NCBI GenBank assembly: GCA_965215335.1
Contig: CBDCDA010000002.1
Location: 259,682-323,681 of the forward strand
Origin: an uncultured Candidatus Entotheonella sp.
GTDB lineage: Bacteria > Tectomicrobia > Entotheonellia > Entotheonellales > Entotheonellaceae
Direction: 5' to 3'
Length of the DNA stretch: 64,000 nt
How positions within the stretch are numbered: the first letter of the stretch is position 1; each line of letters begins with the position of its first letter. The notes beneath the pieces are model-generated. The model searched no databases and was not told where the DNA came from. It saw nothing but the letters and a program-made list of their open reading frames with translations. Below are positions 9,256-17,677 of the stretch, one piece after another. Both the position numbers and the translations under genes were made by a program.

Positions 9256-9372
9256 GGGCAAACTGCGCATCGGAGAGCCAGAAGTGATGATCGGGCATGA
9301 TGAGCCTCCCCATGGAGTCAGAGTCTTGAATCCGATATGTTCAATGATAACCCTTTATAGGTCCTGAGCCTA
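9256..9372 (-). mobile_element. IS5-family left-end fragment (copy B), truncated by the IS66 element
   Basis: The reverse complement is nearly identical to 5393-5508 of copy A (inverted repeat plus the first transposase codons, MPDHHFWLSDAQFA). It breaks exactly at the IS66 end. Confidence 0.85.
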
Positions 9373-9969
9373 GCCCCATCTCGTGTAGTCGTGGCGCTGC
9401 AGATAGCGGATGAGCGCCATGTAGGCGGCCAGGCGGGTCATTTCCGGGCGATCGATGTGGCCAGCGGCGAGCACGCCGACGATACCGCCCTGCTGTTCGA
9501 CGTCGGGGCTGGTGGTGATGTATTGGCGGGCGGCCTGGAAGGGTTGCCGGTGCAGGAAGATGTCTCGCACCAGACGGCGAGGGTATTCGAAGCCGGGCGA
9601 GATGCCGAAGTAGTCGCAACTGCCGTCGGACAGGCAGCAGACGTCAAAATTGTAGAGCGTGAAGGCGGTGGGGGTCACCTCGATGAAGCCGCTCTCGACA
9701 CCGATGCCGAGCGCGACGTGTCCGGCCTGGGTGTCTTCCGTTGCAAGGCACTCATACGCTGCACGGGCACGGTTTTGGGCGCCCCGAATGGTAGCGGGAA
9801 ATCCCCAAGGCTCTTCGCTGACCCCGGTTTCAACCTGGCAGGTCCAGGTCTCCGGCGATTGCAGGTCGGGACCTTGAAGCGCCGCCCGCAGCCTGTCGAA
9901 GGCGGCCCGTACGCCCCGGACCTTGGCGCCGTTCCGCGAGCCCAGCATGACACGGTGGATCATCTCCAT
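9370..9969 (-). CDS. yjjX: Inosine/xanthosine triphosphatase (YjjX/DUF84 family NTPase)
   Basis: 199-aa ORF: VMLGSRNGAKVRGVRAAF...GIGVESGF...GGIVGVLAAGHIDRPEMTRLAAYMAL. The stop codon lies inside the IS5 terminal repeat. Confidence 0.65.
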   Translation of the reverse strand: MEMIHRVMLGSRNGAKVRGVRAAFDRLRAALQGPDLQSPETWTCQVETGVSEEPWGFPATIRGAQNRARAAYECLATEDTQAGHVALGIGVESGFIEVTPTAFTLYNFDVCCLSDGSCDYFGISPGFEYPRRLVRDIFLHRQPFQAARQYITTSPDVEQQGGIVGVLAAGHIDRPEMTRLAAYMALIRYLQRHDYTRWG

Positions 9970-9970
9970 C

Positions 9971-11203
9971 CTAGAACTCGAACGGCACGTCCACCAGGCG
10001 CACGCCGATCTCGCGCACGATGTCCCTCTCTTCCTCCGGCGAAGCCGCCTGGAACGTCACCGAGAATCGCACGTACGGCCCGGCGTCGTCCCACGGCACG
10101 GCGCAGATCAGCTTCTCGCGGATGAGAAACTGCGAGAAGTCCTCCCCGGTGTCGAACCGCTGGCCGCCCGCGACGCCCCGAGGCGCCCGCACGTACAGGA
10201 AGAAAGAGGCCGCCGGCTTTTTCGCCTCGAAGCCCAGGGCGCTGAGGGCGTCCGCCAGCATCGCCAGACGACGGTTGTACTTTTCGGCAATCTGCGCGGT
10301 GATCTCGGGGTGCTGCAAGGCGTACATGGACGCCTTCTGGATGGCCTTGAACTGGCCCGAGTCGAAATTGTCCTTGGTGTCGGCGAAGGCGCGCACCGCC
10401 AATTCATTGCCACAAATCCAGGCCAGGCGCCACCCGGTCATGTTGAATGCCTTGGACATGCTGTGGATTTCCACCCCGACCTCCTTTGCGCCCGGGATGG
10501 AAAGAAAACTAAGCGGCTGTCCCTCGAACACCAGGGCGGCGTAGGCGGCATCCTGCACCACCAGCAGCTTGTGCTGCTTGGCAAATGCCACGACGTCTTT
10601 GAAGAAGTCGGGTGTCGCCACGGCGCCGGTCGGGTTGTTCGGGTAGTTGAACAGGAGGATTTTGGCCCGCCTCAACTGCTCGTCGCCGAGGCTGTCGAGG
10701 TCGGGCAGGTAGTCGTTCTCCGCCAGCAGCGGCAGGGTGTAGACCTCGCCCCCGTACCAGCGACAGTGGGTGCCGAGAACCGGGTAGCCCGGCACGGTCG
10801 TGATGACCGCGTCGCCCGGGTTGATGAAGCATGTTGGCAGGAAAGCCAGGGCGTTCTTGGCGCCGACGGCGTGGGTGATCTCGGTGTCCGGGTCGAGCTC
10901 CACCCCGTAGACGCGCGCCATGTACTGCGCCACGGCTTCCTTGAACTCCGGCAGGCCGTTGTCGGAATAGCCGCGGTTTTCGGACATCGCCGCCTGCTTG
11001 CTGAGCGCATTCACGATGCCCGGATAGGCCATGCCGTCCGGCTCGCCAACGCCCATGTCGATCAGTGTCACGTCGGGACGCGCCGCAACGGCGGCATCGC
11101 GGGCGCGGCGGATCTTTTCGAACTTGTACACCGCCGTGTCCTTGCCGTAGTTCCGGCCGCCGATGCGCTCGGCGAACAACTCCTGTAGGTAGCTTTCCTG
11201 CAT
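9971..11203 (-). CDS. dapL: LL-diaminopimelate aminotransferase (DapL, class I/II aminotransferase)
   Basis: 410 aa. FAERIGG..YGKDTAVYKFEKIRRAR...LIDMGVGEPD...FNYPNNPTG...SMSKAFNMTGWR (PLP lysine context). Confidence 0.75.
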   Translation of the reverse strand: MQESYLQELFAERIGGRNYGKDTAVYKFEKIRRARDAAVAARPDVTLIDMGVGEPDGMAYPGIVNALSKQAAMSENRGYSDNGLPEFKEAVAQYMARVYGVELDPDTEITHAVGAKNALAFLPTCFINPGDAVITTVPGYPVLGTHCRWYGGEVYTLPLLAENDYLPDLDSLGDEQLRRAKILLFNYPNNPTGAVATPDFFKDVVAFAKQHKLLVVQDAAYAALVFEGQPLSFLSIPGAKEVGVEIHSMSKAFNMTGWRLAWICGNELAVRAFADTKDNFDSGQFKAIQKASMYALQHPEITAQIAEKYNRRLAMLADALSALGFEAKKPAASFFLYVRAPRGVAGGQRFDTGEDFSQFLIREKLICAVPWDDAGPYVRFSVTFQAASPEEERDIVREIGVRLVDVPFEF

Positions 11204-11369
11204 GCTGTGTCTCCGCGGGCAGAGGCAGTTGGCCCTTTTGCCATATGGACGATTGATTTACGATGGCTTGTGGCGTGCCTCGGACGTTAGAGGCGCTGGC
11301 AAGTCAACCTCGCAACCCATCTGGGCAGTACCAGAACGGGCGGTCATCTTAGCATGAGAAAGTGAAGCA

Positions 11370-11780
11370 GTGAAAGCGACGCGCATCGATCACGTGGCGG
11401 TGGTGGTGAAGGATCTGGGGGCTGCCGTGGCGACGTATCAGCACAACTTCGATCTGGAAAAAGTCAGCGGCGGAGAGGTACCGTCGCTGGGCATCCACAA
11501 CGCCTTTCTGCAGATCGGCGGCGCCCGCATCGAGCTGATGGCGCCGACCTCGGCAGCTGGCCCGGTGGCGGAATTTCTCGAGCAGCGTGGCGAGGGGATG
11601 TATCTCCTGTCGCTGCAAGTCGAGGACCTGGACGAGGCCGTGGCGCACCTGCAAGGCACGGGCACACGGGTCAGGATCGCCGAGGGCTCGACGGGACGAC
11701 GCCTGGCCTTCGTCAGCCCGAAGGCGACGCACGGCGTGCTGTTGCAACTGGTTGGACGGGAAGGGGCTCCGGACACCTGA
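11370..11780 (+). CDS. VOC-family protein, methylmalonyl-CoA epimerase-like
   Basis: 136 aa, GTG start. IDHVAVVVKDL...GARIELMAP...GEGMYLLSLQVEDLD...GVLLQLV. Confidence 0.7.
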   Translation: MKATRIDHVAVVVKDLGAAVATYQHNFDLEKVSGGEVPSLGIHNAFLQIGGARIELMAPTSAAGPVAEFLEQRGEGMYLLSLQVEDLDEAVAHLQGTGTRVRIAEGSTGRRLAFVSPKATHGVLLQLVGREGAPDT

Positions 11781-11792
11781 GAGGGGCGGGTT

Positions 11793-12791
11793 TCAGAAGC
11801 CGGTGAGATCCTTGAGGCACAGGGTCCCCAGAACCCGCCGCGTTTCCGGGTCGAGCACCGGCAGGTCCTCGGTCTGCGTGTTCTGGAAGAGCTTGAGCGC
11901 GTCGGCAATCGAGGTGTCGTACAAGACGAAATGGCAGGGGAGGCTGGCAAATTGCTCGACCGCACCTTCCAGCACGGCGCTGCCTCGCAGCAGCGCCCGG
12001 CGCAGGTCGCCGTCGGTGAAGATGCCCACCAGCACGCCGGCAGCGTCGACCAGGATGGCCGAGCCGGTTTTGGCGTCGCTGACCAACTGGATCACGCGCT
12101 TGAGTTGTGCGGCGGGATCGACGCACACGATCTTGTCGCCGGTGCGCATGAAATCCTGTACGTAACGGAACCGCTGTCCGAGGCTGCCGGCCGGGTGGTT
12201 CAGACCGAAGTCCATCTCGCCAAACCCTTGCGCCTCGGCCATCGCCAGAGCCAGTGCGTCGCCGATGGCGAGCATCACCGTCGTGCTCGACGATGGCGCC
12301 AGGCCGAGATGGCACGCCTCTCGTACCTCGCCCGTTTCGAGGCAAACCGTTGCCATCCGCCCCAGGGTGCTGGTACGGCGGCTGGTAATTGCCACCGCGG
12401 CGCAGCCGATACGCTGCAACTCCCTCGCCAGGCGAATCACCTCGACGCTCTCGCCGGAATACGAGAACAGCAGGGCGCAGTCGTGCTCGCTCACGAACCC
12501 CAGGTCGCCGTGCAGGGCTTCAACGGGGTGCATGAAGACGGCGGCGCTGCCGGTGGACGACAGGGTGGAAGCGACCTTCATGGCCACGATACCAGCCTTG
12601 CCCACGCCGCTTACGATGATGCGATTGCGGCCGCGCCGTTCCCTGTCATTCAGCAGGGTCTCACACGCCTCGGCGATGACCCTGTCATCGCCGCTGAATT
12701 TGTGGACGACGCGCGCCAGGGCCTCCTCCTCGTGACGCAGCACGTTGAGGAAGCTGGCCGTCATGTTGTCGCGTCTCCGATCGGTGCTCAC
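11793..12791 (-). CDS. kdsD: Arabinose-5-phosphate isomerase (KdsD/KpsF; SIS plus 2 CBS domains)
   Basis: 332 aa. RIIVSGVGKAGIVAMKVASTLSSTG, SYSGES, and a C-terminal CBS pair (GILVGIFTDGDLRR). Confidence 0.85.
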   Translation of the reverse strand: MSTDRRRDNMTASFLNVLRHEEEALARVVHKFSGDDRVIAEACETLLNDRERRGRNRIIVSGVGKAGIVAMKVASTLSSTGSAAVFMHPVEALHGDLGFVSEHDCALLFSYSGESVEVIRLARELQRIGCAAVAITSRRTSTLGRMATVCLETGEVREACHLGLAPSSSTTVMLAIGDALALAMAEAQGFGEMDFGLNHPAGSLGQRFRYVQDFMRTGDKIVCVDPAAQLKRVIQLVSDAKTGSAILVDAAGVLVGIFTDGDLRRALLRGSAVLEGAVEQFASLPCHFVLYDTSIADALKLFQNTQTEDLPVLDPETRRVLGTLCLKDLTGF

Positions 12792-12812
12792 GCGTCCTCC
12801 CGGTGTTGGCGC

Positions 12813-13655
12813 CTATTGCAAGGCGACCGGCGGCGACGCCTGAAACGCTTCGCGCACCCGCAACACCTGTTGCAGAACCCCTTCGAGCCGGTGCAGCGGG
12901 ACCATGTTCGGCCCGTCGCTCGGGGCGTTGTCGGGGTCCTGGTGAATTTCCATGAACAGCGCGTCGATGCCGAGCGCCGCGGCGGCGCGCGCCAGATGCG
13001 GCACGAACTGTCGCTGGCCGCCCGAGCGGTTGCCCTGCCCGCCCGGCATCTGCACGCTGTGCGTGGCGTCGAAAACGACCGGGTAGCCGAGCTCGCGCAT
13101 TTGCGGCAGGGCGCGAAAATCGACCACCAGCGTGTTGTACCCGAAGCAGGTGCCGCGCTCGGTCAGGAGAATGTCGCGCGCGCCGCCGGATTCCAGCTTG
13201 CCCACCACGTGCCGCATGTCCCAGGGGGCGAGGAACTGGCCTTTCTTCACGTTGACGGTCCGGCCCGTGGCGGCGGCGGCCAGCAGCAGGTCGGTCTGGC
13301 GGCAGAGAAACGCCGGGATCTGCAGCACGTCCACGACCTCCGCCACGGTCGCCGCCTGGTCGCTTTCGTGCACGTCCGTCAGTACCGGCACCCCGACCTC
13401 GTCCTTGACGCGCTGCAGAATCTTGAGGCCGACATCCAGCGGGTGGCCCCGAAAGGCGCCGATGGACGTCCGGTTGGCCTTGTCGAAAGACGACTTGAAG
13501 ATCATCGGGATGCCCAGACGCTCGCAGACCTCGCGGATGCCATCGGCCATCCTGAGGGTAAAGTCCTCGGACTCGATGACGCACGGGCCGCCGATCAGCG
13601 CCAGCTGGCAACCGTCGCCAACGTGCAGGGTGTCGGTAATTCTGCTCCGGATCAC
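12813..13655 (-). CDS. kdsA: 3-deoxy-8-phosphooctulonate (Kdo-8-P) synthase
   Basis: 280 aa. [13 protein letters not shown]...[13 protein letters not shown]...VLTDVHE...[14 protein letters not shown]...[12 protein letters not shown]. Confidence 0.9.
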   Translation of the reverse strand: MIRSRITDTLHVGDGCQLALIGGPCVIESEDFTLRMADGIREVCERLGIPMIFKSSFDKANRTSIGAFRGHPLDVGLKILQRVKDEVGVPVLTDVHESDQAATVAEVVDVLQIPAFLCRQTDLLLAAAATGRTVNVKKGQFLAPWDMRHVVGKLESGGARDILLTERGTCFGYNTLVVDFRALPQMRELGYPVVFDATHSVQMPGGQGNRSGGQRQFVPHLARAAAALGIDALFMEIHQDPDNAPSDGPNMVPLHRLEGVLQQVLRVREAFQASPPVALQ

Positions 13656-13702
13656 GGTAGGACTCCTTGTTCAAATACGTTGGGGTCGAATCCCGGCGCA
13701 CC

Positions 13703-15163
13703 TTAACGATAGCGCTGCAGCAGCTCGTTAACGAGTTCAGTGGTCGAAACGCCCTCGATGTAGGGCACGAGGTGCACCGCGCCGCCGGATGCTTCGACTT
13801 CTTCTCTGCCCACCACAGTCTCGAGCGTATAGTCGCCGCCCTTGACGAGAACGTCCGGCCTGAGGGACCTGATCAGCGCCAACGGGGTCGCTGCACCGAA
13901 CAGAACCACGTAGTCCACGCAGGCGAGGGCGGCCAGCATGCGCGCCCGCTCGTCCTGCGGACGCAATGGGCGCCCCTCCCCTTTCAGCAGACGTACGGAA
14001 GCGTCGTCGTTCAGCGCCACGACCAGGCAGTCGCCAAGCGCCCGCGCCTGCTGGAGGTAGTGAAGGTGCCCACCGTGCAGCAGATCGAAGCAGCCGTTCG
14101 CGAAGACGATTCGCTCGCCCCGCTGGCGATGCTGCTGAAGCGCCCTCGACAGCTCGGCACAAGTTCGCAATTTGTTCTGCCAGGGGGCGTTGCGCGCCCG
14201 TATATGGGCTTCCAGTTCCTCCCGCTGCACGACCGCCGTGCCCGCCTTGCCGACGACGATGCCTGCCGCCACGTTGGCCAGCCGCGCGGCCTCCACGTAT
14301 GGCAGGCCACCGATGGCCGCCGCCGCAAAGGCGGCGATGACGGTATCCCCGGCTCCGGTCACGTCGTACACGTCGCGGGTGTGGGCAGGGAGGTGCTGCG
14401 GGGTTTCCGGGGGATGAAACAGGCTCATGCCCGCCGCGCCGCGCGTCACCAGAAGAGCCCGTGCCTCGCTTTGTTGCAGCAACGATTCGGCGGCGGCAAT
14501 CAGTGATGGCTCGTCTTCCAGGACATCGCCCGTCGCGTGCCTGACCTCGGCCAGGTTGGGGGTCAGCACGGTGACGCCGCGATACTGGGCGAAGTCCCGC
14601 GCCTTGGGATCGACAAAAATCGGCAGGTTGGCAGCCTTCGCCTTGGCAAAGAGGGGCACGAGCAGCTCCGGCGTGCAGACGCCTTTGTTGTAATCGGAGC
14701 AAATGAGGCCATCCACCTCGGCCAGGATGGATTCGGCTTTCGCCATCGTTTGAGCAATTAGCCTGGCCGGCAACGGCCGGCGGCTTTCCTGATCCAGCCG
14801 TACCAGCTGTTGGTGCCGGGCGATGAGGCGCGTTTTTTCGGTGGTCGGGCGTCCGGCGTCCTGCACCAGCAGGTCGTCGGCGATGCCTTGCGTCCGTACC
14901 TGCTCCCGCACGTACCGCCCCGTGACGTCGTCGCCGAGCACGCCCGCCAGGCGCACCTCGCAACCCAGGGCGCGAAGGTTCGCCGCCACGTTGGCGGCGC
15001 CACCCAGGACGTGCCGCTTTTCGGTGCTTTCGAATACGGGGACCGGGGCCTCGGGGGAAATGCGGGAGACGCGCCCGGACAGGTACGTGTCGCACATGAC
15101 GTCGCCGACAACGAGGACCGTTATCGGATTTTGTGACCAAGGTTTGTGCGGCAGTGTGTTCAT
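13703..15163 (-). CDS. hldE: Bifunctional D-beta-D-heptose 7-phosphate kinase / heptose 1-phosphate adenylyltransferase
   Basis: 486 aa. N-terminal ribokinase-like domain (VGDVMCDTY...GGAANVAANL, VYDVTGAGDT) and C-terminal cytidylyltransferase domain (VFANGCFDLLHGGHLHYL). Confidence 0.9.
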   Translation of the reverse strand: MNTLPHKPWSQNPITVLVVGDVMCDTYLSGRVSRISPEAPVPVFESTEKRHVLGGAANVAANLRALGCEVRLAGVLGDDVTGRYVREQVRTQGIADDLLVQDAGRPTTEKTRLIARHQQLVRLDQESRRPLPARLIAQTMAKAESILAEVDGLICSDYNKGVCTPELLVPLFAKAKAANLPIFVDPKARDFAQYRGVTVLTPNLAEVRHATGDVLEDEPSLIAAAESLLQQSEARALLVTRGAAGMSLFHPPETPQHLPAHTRDVYDVTGAGDTVIAAFAAAAIGGLPYVEAARLANVAAGIVVGKAGTAVVQREELEAHIRARNAPWQNKLRTCAELSRALQQHRQRGERIVFANGCFDLLHGGHLHYLQQARALGDCLVVALNDDASVRLLKGEGRPLRPQDERARMLAALACVDYVVLFGAATPLALIRSLRPDVLVKGGDYTLETVVGREEVEASGGAVHLVPYIEGVSTTELVNELLQRYR

Positions 15164-15178
15164 GGGCGGTACGAGGCG

Positions 15179-15760
15179 TCAGTTTCCGAACAGGGCGTCT
15201 TCCACCAGTTCGCACAAGATATGAATGATGGTGATATGGCCCTCCTGGATGTGCTGCGTCGAACGCGACGGCACCACGATGCTCAGGACGCCATCCATCT
15301 TTCCAATGTGGCCGCCGCCGTTTCCCGTCAGGGCCAGCCGTTGCATTCCGGCGCTCGCGGCGGCCTCGAACGCCCTGATGACGTTCGCCGAATTGCCCGA
15401 CGTCGAGATGCCGACGAGCACGTCATCGGCCGCGCCGATGGCTTCTACCTGCCTGGCAAACACCTCTTCATAACCGAAGTCGTTGGCGCACGCGGTCAGG
15501 ATGGAGGTGTCGGTCGTCAGCGCCACGCACGGCAGGCCGCGCCGCTCCTTCTGGAACCGGCCGACCAGTTCGCCGGCCATGTGCTGGGCGTCGGCGGCGG
15601 AGCCGCCGTTGCCACAGACCAGGATCTTGTGGCCCTTGGCCAGCGCGTCGATGAGCAGGCGCGCGGACCGTTCGATGTGCTCTGCATGGCCGGCCAGCCG
15701 CTGCTTGGTGCGGATGGCGTCCTGCAGGATGTCGACTATTCTGCTTTGCATGGGGTCCAT
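15179..15760 (-). CDS. gmhA: D-sedoheptulose 7-phosphate isomerase (SIS domain)
   Basis: ORF 15179-15802 with the start moved to ATG 15760 (MDPMQSRIVDIL). CGNGGSAADAQHMAGELVGRF, GISTSGNS. Confidence 0.85.
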   Translation of the reverse strand: MDPMQSRIVDILQDAIRTKQRLAGHAEHIERSARLLIDALAKGHKILVCGNGGSAADAQHMAGELVGRFQKERRGLPCVALTTDTSILTACANDFGYEEVFARQVEAIGAADDVLVGISTSGNSANVIRAFEAAASAGMQRLALTGNGGGHIGKMDGVLSIVVPSRSTQHIQEGHITIIHILCELVEDALFGN

Positions 15761-15764
15761 GTCG

Positions 15765-16709
15765 TCAGTCAGCGGCGGAAAGCGCCAACAGCTGCGCTTC
15801 AACCAGCGCGCGGCGCAGCGTTTCCCGCTCGGCCGGGGTGATGGGAAGCAGAGGCGGGCGCACGACCGCGCGCGGTTGTCGTCCCAACAGGACCAGGGCT
15901 TCCTTCATGCGATTGTGCATGTCCACGGCTGGCGCGGCGTAGAAAACCTGCACCAGCGGGCGCAGCAGCTCGTGCAGGCGCTGGCCCTCGGCTAGGTCGC
16001 AGCGTTGCACCGCCTGCCAGAGGGCCACTTGCAGGTCGGCCACGACGCTGCCCATGCCGGACAGCAGGCCATCGCAGCCCAGCACCAGCGAGGAGAGCAG
16101 CCAGGCGCTGTGCGTGCTGAGTACCGAGAAGGGGCGTCCGAGGTTATGCAGGGTGTTGATGTTGGTGGTGTGCTGTAACCCGTCGTTGCACCAGTCCTTC
16201 ATGGCGACGACGGCGGGAACCGTTTCCGCGAGGCGGACGAGGGTGTCCGTCGTATAGCCCTGGCCGCCGGCCAGCGGGTAATTGAAGGCGATGAGCGGCA
16301 GGTCGGTCGCCGAAGCGATGGTGGCGAAATGGTTCAGGACCATCTCGGGGCGAAGCTGGGCACCCAGGATGAAGGGTTGCGGCGGCAAAATCAGCAGGCA
16401 GCGGGCGCCGGCGGTCTGGGCCAGGCGGCCCAGCCGGGCGCCTTGCAGGGAGGCGTCCGCGTAGATGCCGGCGATGATGGGCAGGCTGTCGCCCAGTTCG
16501 TCCAGGGTGATGTCCAGCACCTCTCGCTGCTCGTCCACCGACAGCGCGTGCACCTCGGCGGCGTGGCCGTTGGTGGTGATGGCCGTGATGCCTTCCACCA
16601 CGGCCAGGTCGCGCAGGTGGCGGCGATACGCCGGAGCGTCGATTTTCCAATCCGGCGTAAATGGCAGCAGGTTGGCGGGAATCACGCCGCGCGGGATGTA
16701 GGCCGTCAT
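15765..16709 (-). CDS. Dihydrodipicolinate synthase/N-acetylneuraminate lyase family (DapA-like) aldolase
   Basis: ORF with ATG 16709 (MTAYIPRGVIPANLLPF) after GAAGGAGA. TTNGHAAEVHALSVDEQREVL, and the LPLIAFNYP context. Substrate not assignable. Confidence 0.65.
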   Translation of the reverse strand: MTAYIPRGVIPANLLPFTPDWKIDAPAYRRHLRDLAVVEGITAITTNGHAAEVHALSVDEQREVLDITLDELGDSLPIIAGIYADASLQGARLGRLAQTAGARCLLILPPQPFILGAQLRPEMVLNHFATIASATDLPLIAFNYPLAGGQGYTTDTLVRLAETVPAVVAMKDWCNDGLQHTTNINTLHNLGRPFSVLSTHSAWLLSSLVLGCDGLLSGMGSVVADLQVALWQAVQRCDLAEGQRLHELLRPLVQVFYAAPAVDMHNRMKEALVLLGRQPRAVVRPPLLPITPAERETLRRALVEAQLLALSAAD

Positions 16710-16728
16710 CGTGTCTCCTTCATGCCGG

Positions 16729-17571
16729 CTACGCCGGCGGCTGGCCGGACAGCAGCGCCCCCACCGCGGACGGCTCGAAGCGAATACCGACATAGAAGGC
16801 GCCGAACAGGGCGTAGTGCGAACTGGCGGGGTCGAAGCGCATCTCGTAGATCAGCTTCTTGAACACCAGCGGGTCATCGGCAAACAGCGTCACGCCCCAC
16901 TCCCAGTCGTCGAATCCCACCGAGCCGCTGATGATCTGCGTGACCTTGCCGGCGTACTTGCGCCCCACCATGCCGTGGCCACGCATCAACTGACGGCGTT
17001 CTTCCATGGGCAGCGCGTACCAGTTGTAGGTCTCGCCGCGCTTCTTGTCCATGGGGTAGAAGCACACGTAGCGGCCGGCCGGAACGGCGGGATACAGGCG
17101 GGGGTGCAGCGCCTCTTTCTGGGCCGCCAGCTCGCGTTCGCGGGCGGCCTCGTAGCCCTCGGCGCCGGGCTCCAGACCCTCTGCGGCGAGCTTGCGATTG
17201 ACGACGCCCAGCACCTCGTACAAGCCCAACTCGACGACGGACAGATAGCTGTAGGCAGGCTGTAAATACGGAAACAGCTCGGTCTGGCGCAGGCCGAGCT
17301 CAGCACCGTTGAGGGCTTCCAGCGTCGGCCGGAAATGTACCGCCAGGAGGTCCGCCTTGTGGCCCAGGACGCTGAAAAAGGCACTCAGCCCCTGGCTGGC
17401 AGGTTTTGTCCCACCCACCCCGGCCTGCGCGGCCAGCCAGTCGGTGCTCTCGGCGATGACGGCCTCGCGCTCCGCCGGCGCCACGGCGCGCCACTCCGGC
17501 CATTTTACCGTATACATGTCGTGCTGGATGTACCAGCCTTCCAGGGTTTCGGGTGCCTCCGAGCGGGTCAT
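16729..17571 (-). CDS. hemQ: Coproheme decarboxylase / hydrogen-peroxide-dependent heme synthase (HemQ/ChdC, chlorite-dismutase fold)
   Basis: 280 aa, no signal peptide. TLEGWYIQHD..., YVCFYPMDKKRGETYNWY, RGHGMVGRKYAGKVTQIISGSVGFDDWEWGVTLFADDPLVFKKLIYEMRFD closely track my recollection of Bacillus HemQ. Confidence 0.85.
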   Translation of the reverse strand: MTRSEAPETLEGWYIQHDMYTVKWPEWRAVAPAEREAVIAESTDWLAAQAGVGGTKPASQGLSAFFSVLGHKADLLAVHFRPTLEALNGAELGLRQTELFPYLQPAYSYLSVVELGLYEVLGVVNRKLAAEGLEPGAEGYEAARERELAAQKEALHPRLYPAVPAGRYVCFYPMDKKRGETYNWYALPMEERRQLMRGHGMVGRKYAGKVTQIISGSVGFDDWEWGVTLFADDPLVFKKLIYEMRFDPASSHYALFGAFYVGIRFEPSAVGALLSGQPPA

Positions 17572-17677
17572 GGGGACGCCTCCTCTTCTATGCGGCGATC
17601 AGGGGTGATTTCCCGGAAAACACTCCATGCCGATAACATTTATCCACTCTACCCGATATAATTGCGAAGCTACAAAA

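Larger units (their letters stand above)
3151..9372. mobile_element. Decayed integrative island inserted at the 3' side of tRNA-Ala
   Basis: An integrase remnant starts 48 nt after the tRNA. It is followed only by IS elements, IS fragments and a broken replication (prim-pol/AAA) gene. Native GC-rich housekeeping genes resume at 9370. Confidence 0.5.

Noticed and set aside
13737-15215. Long alternative-frame or antisense ORFs (for example 13737-15215, 11931-13706, 43706-45442, 46664-48331, 47920-49362, 56647-57924, 62233-63801, 34909-35991)
   Set aside because: All are Arg/Gly/Pro/Ala-rich, lack recognisable motifs and overlap genes with clear family signatures. They are the expected by-product of stop-codon-poor GC-rich DNA.
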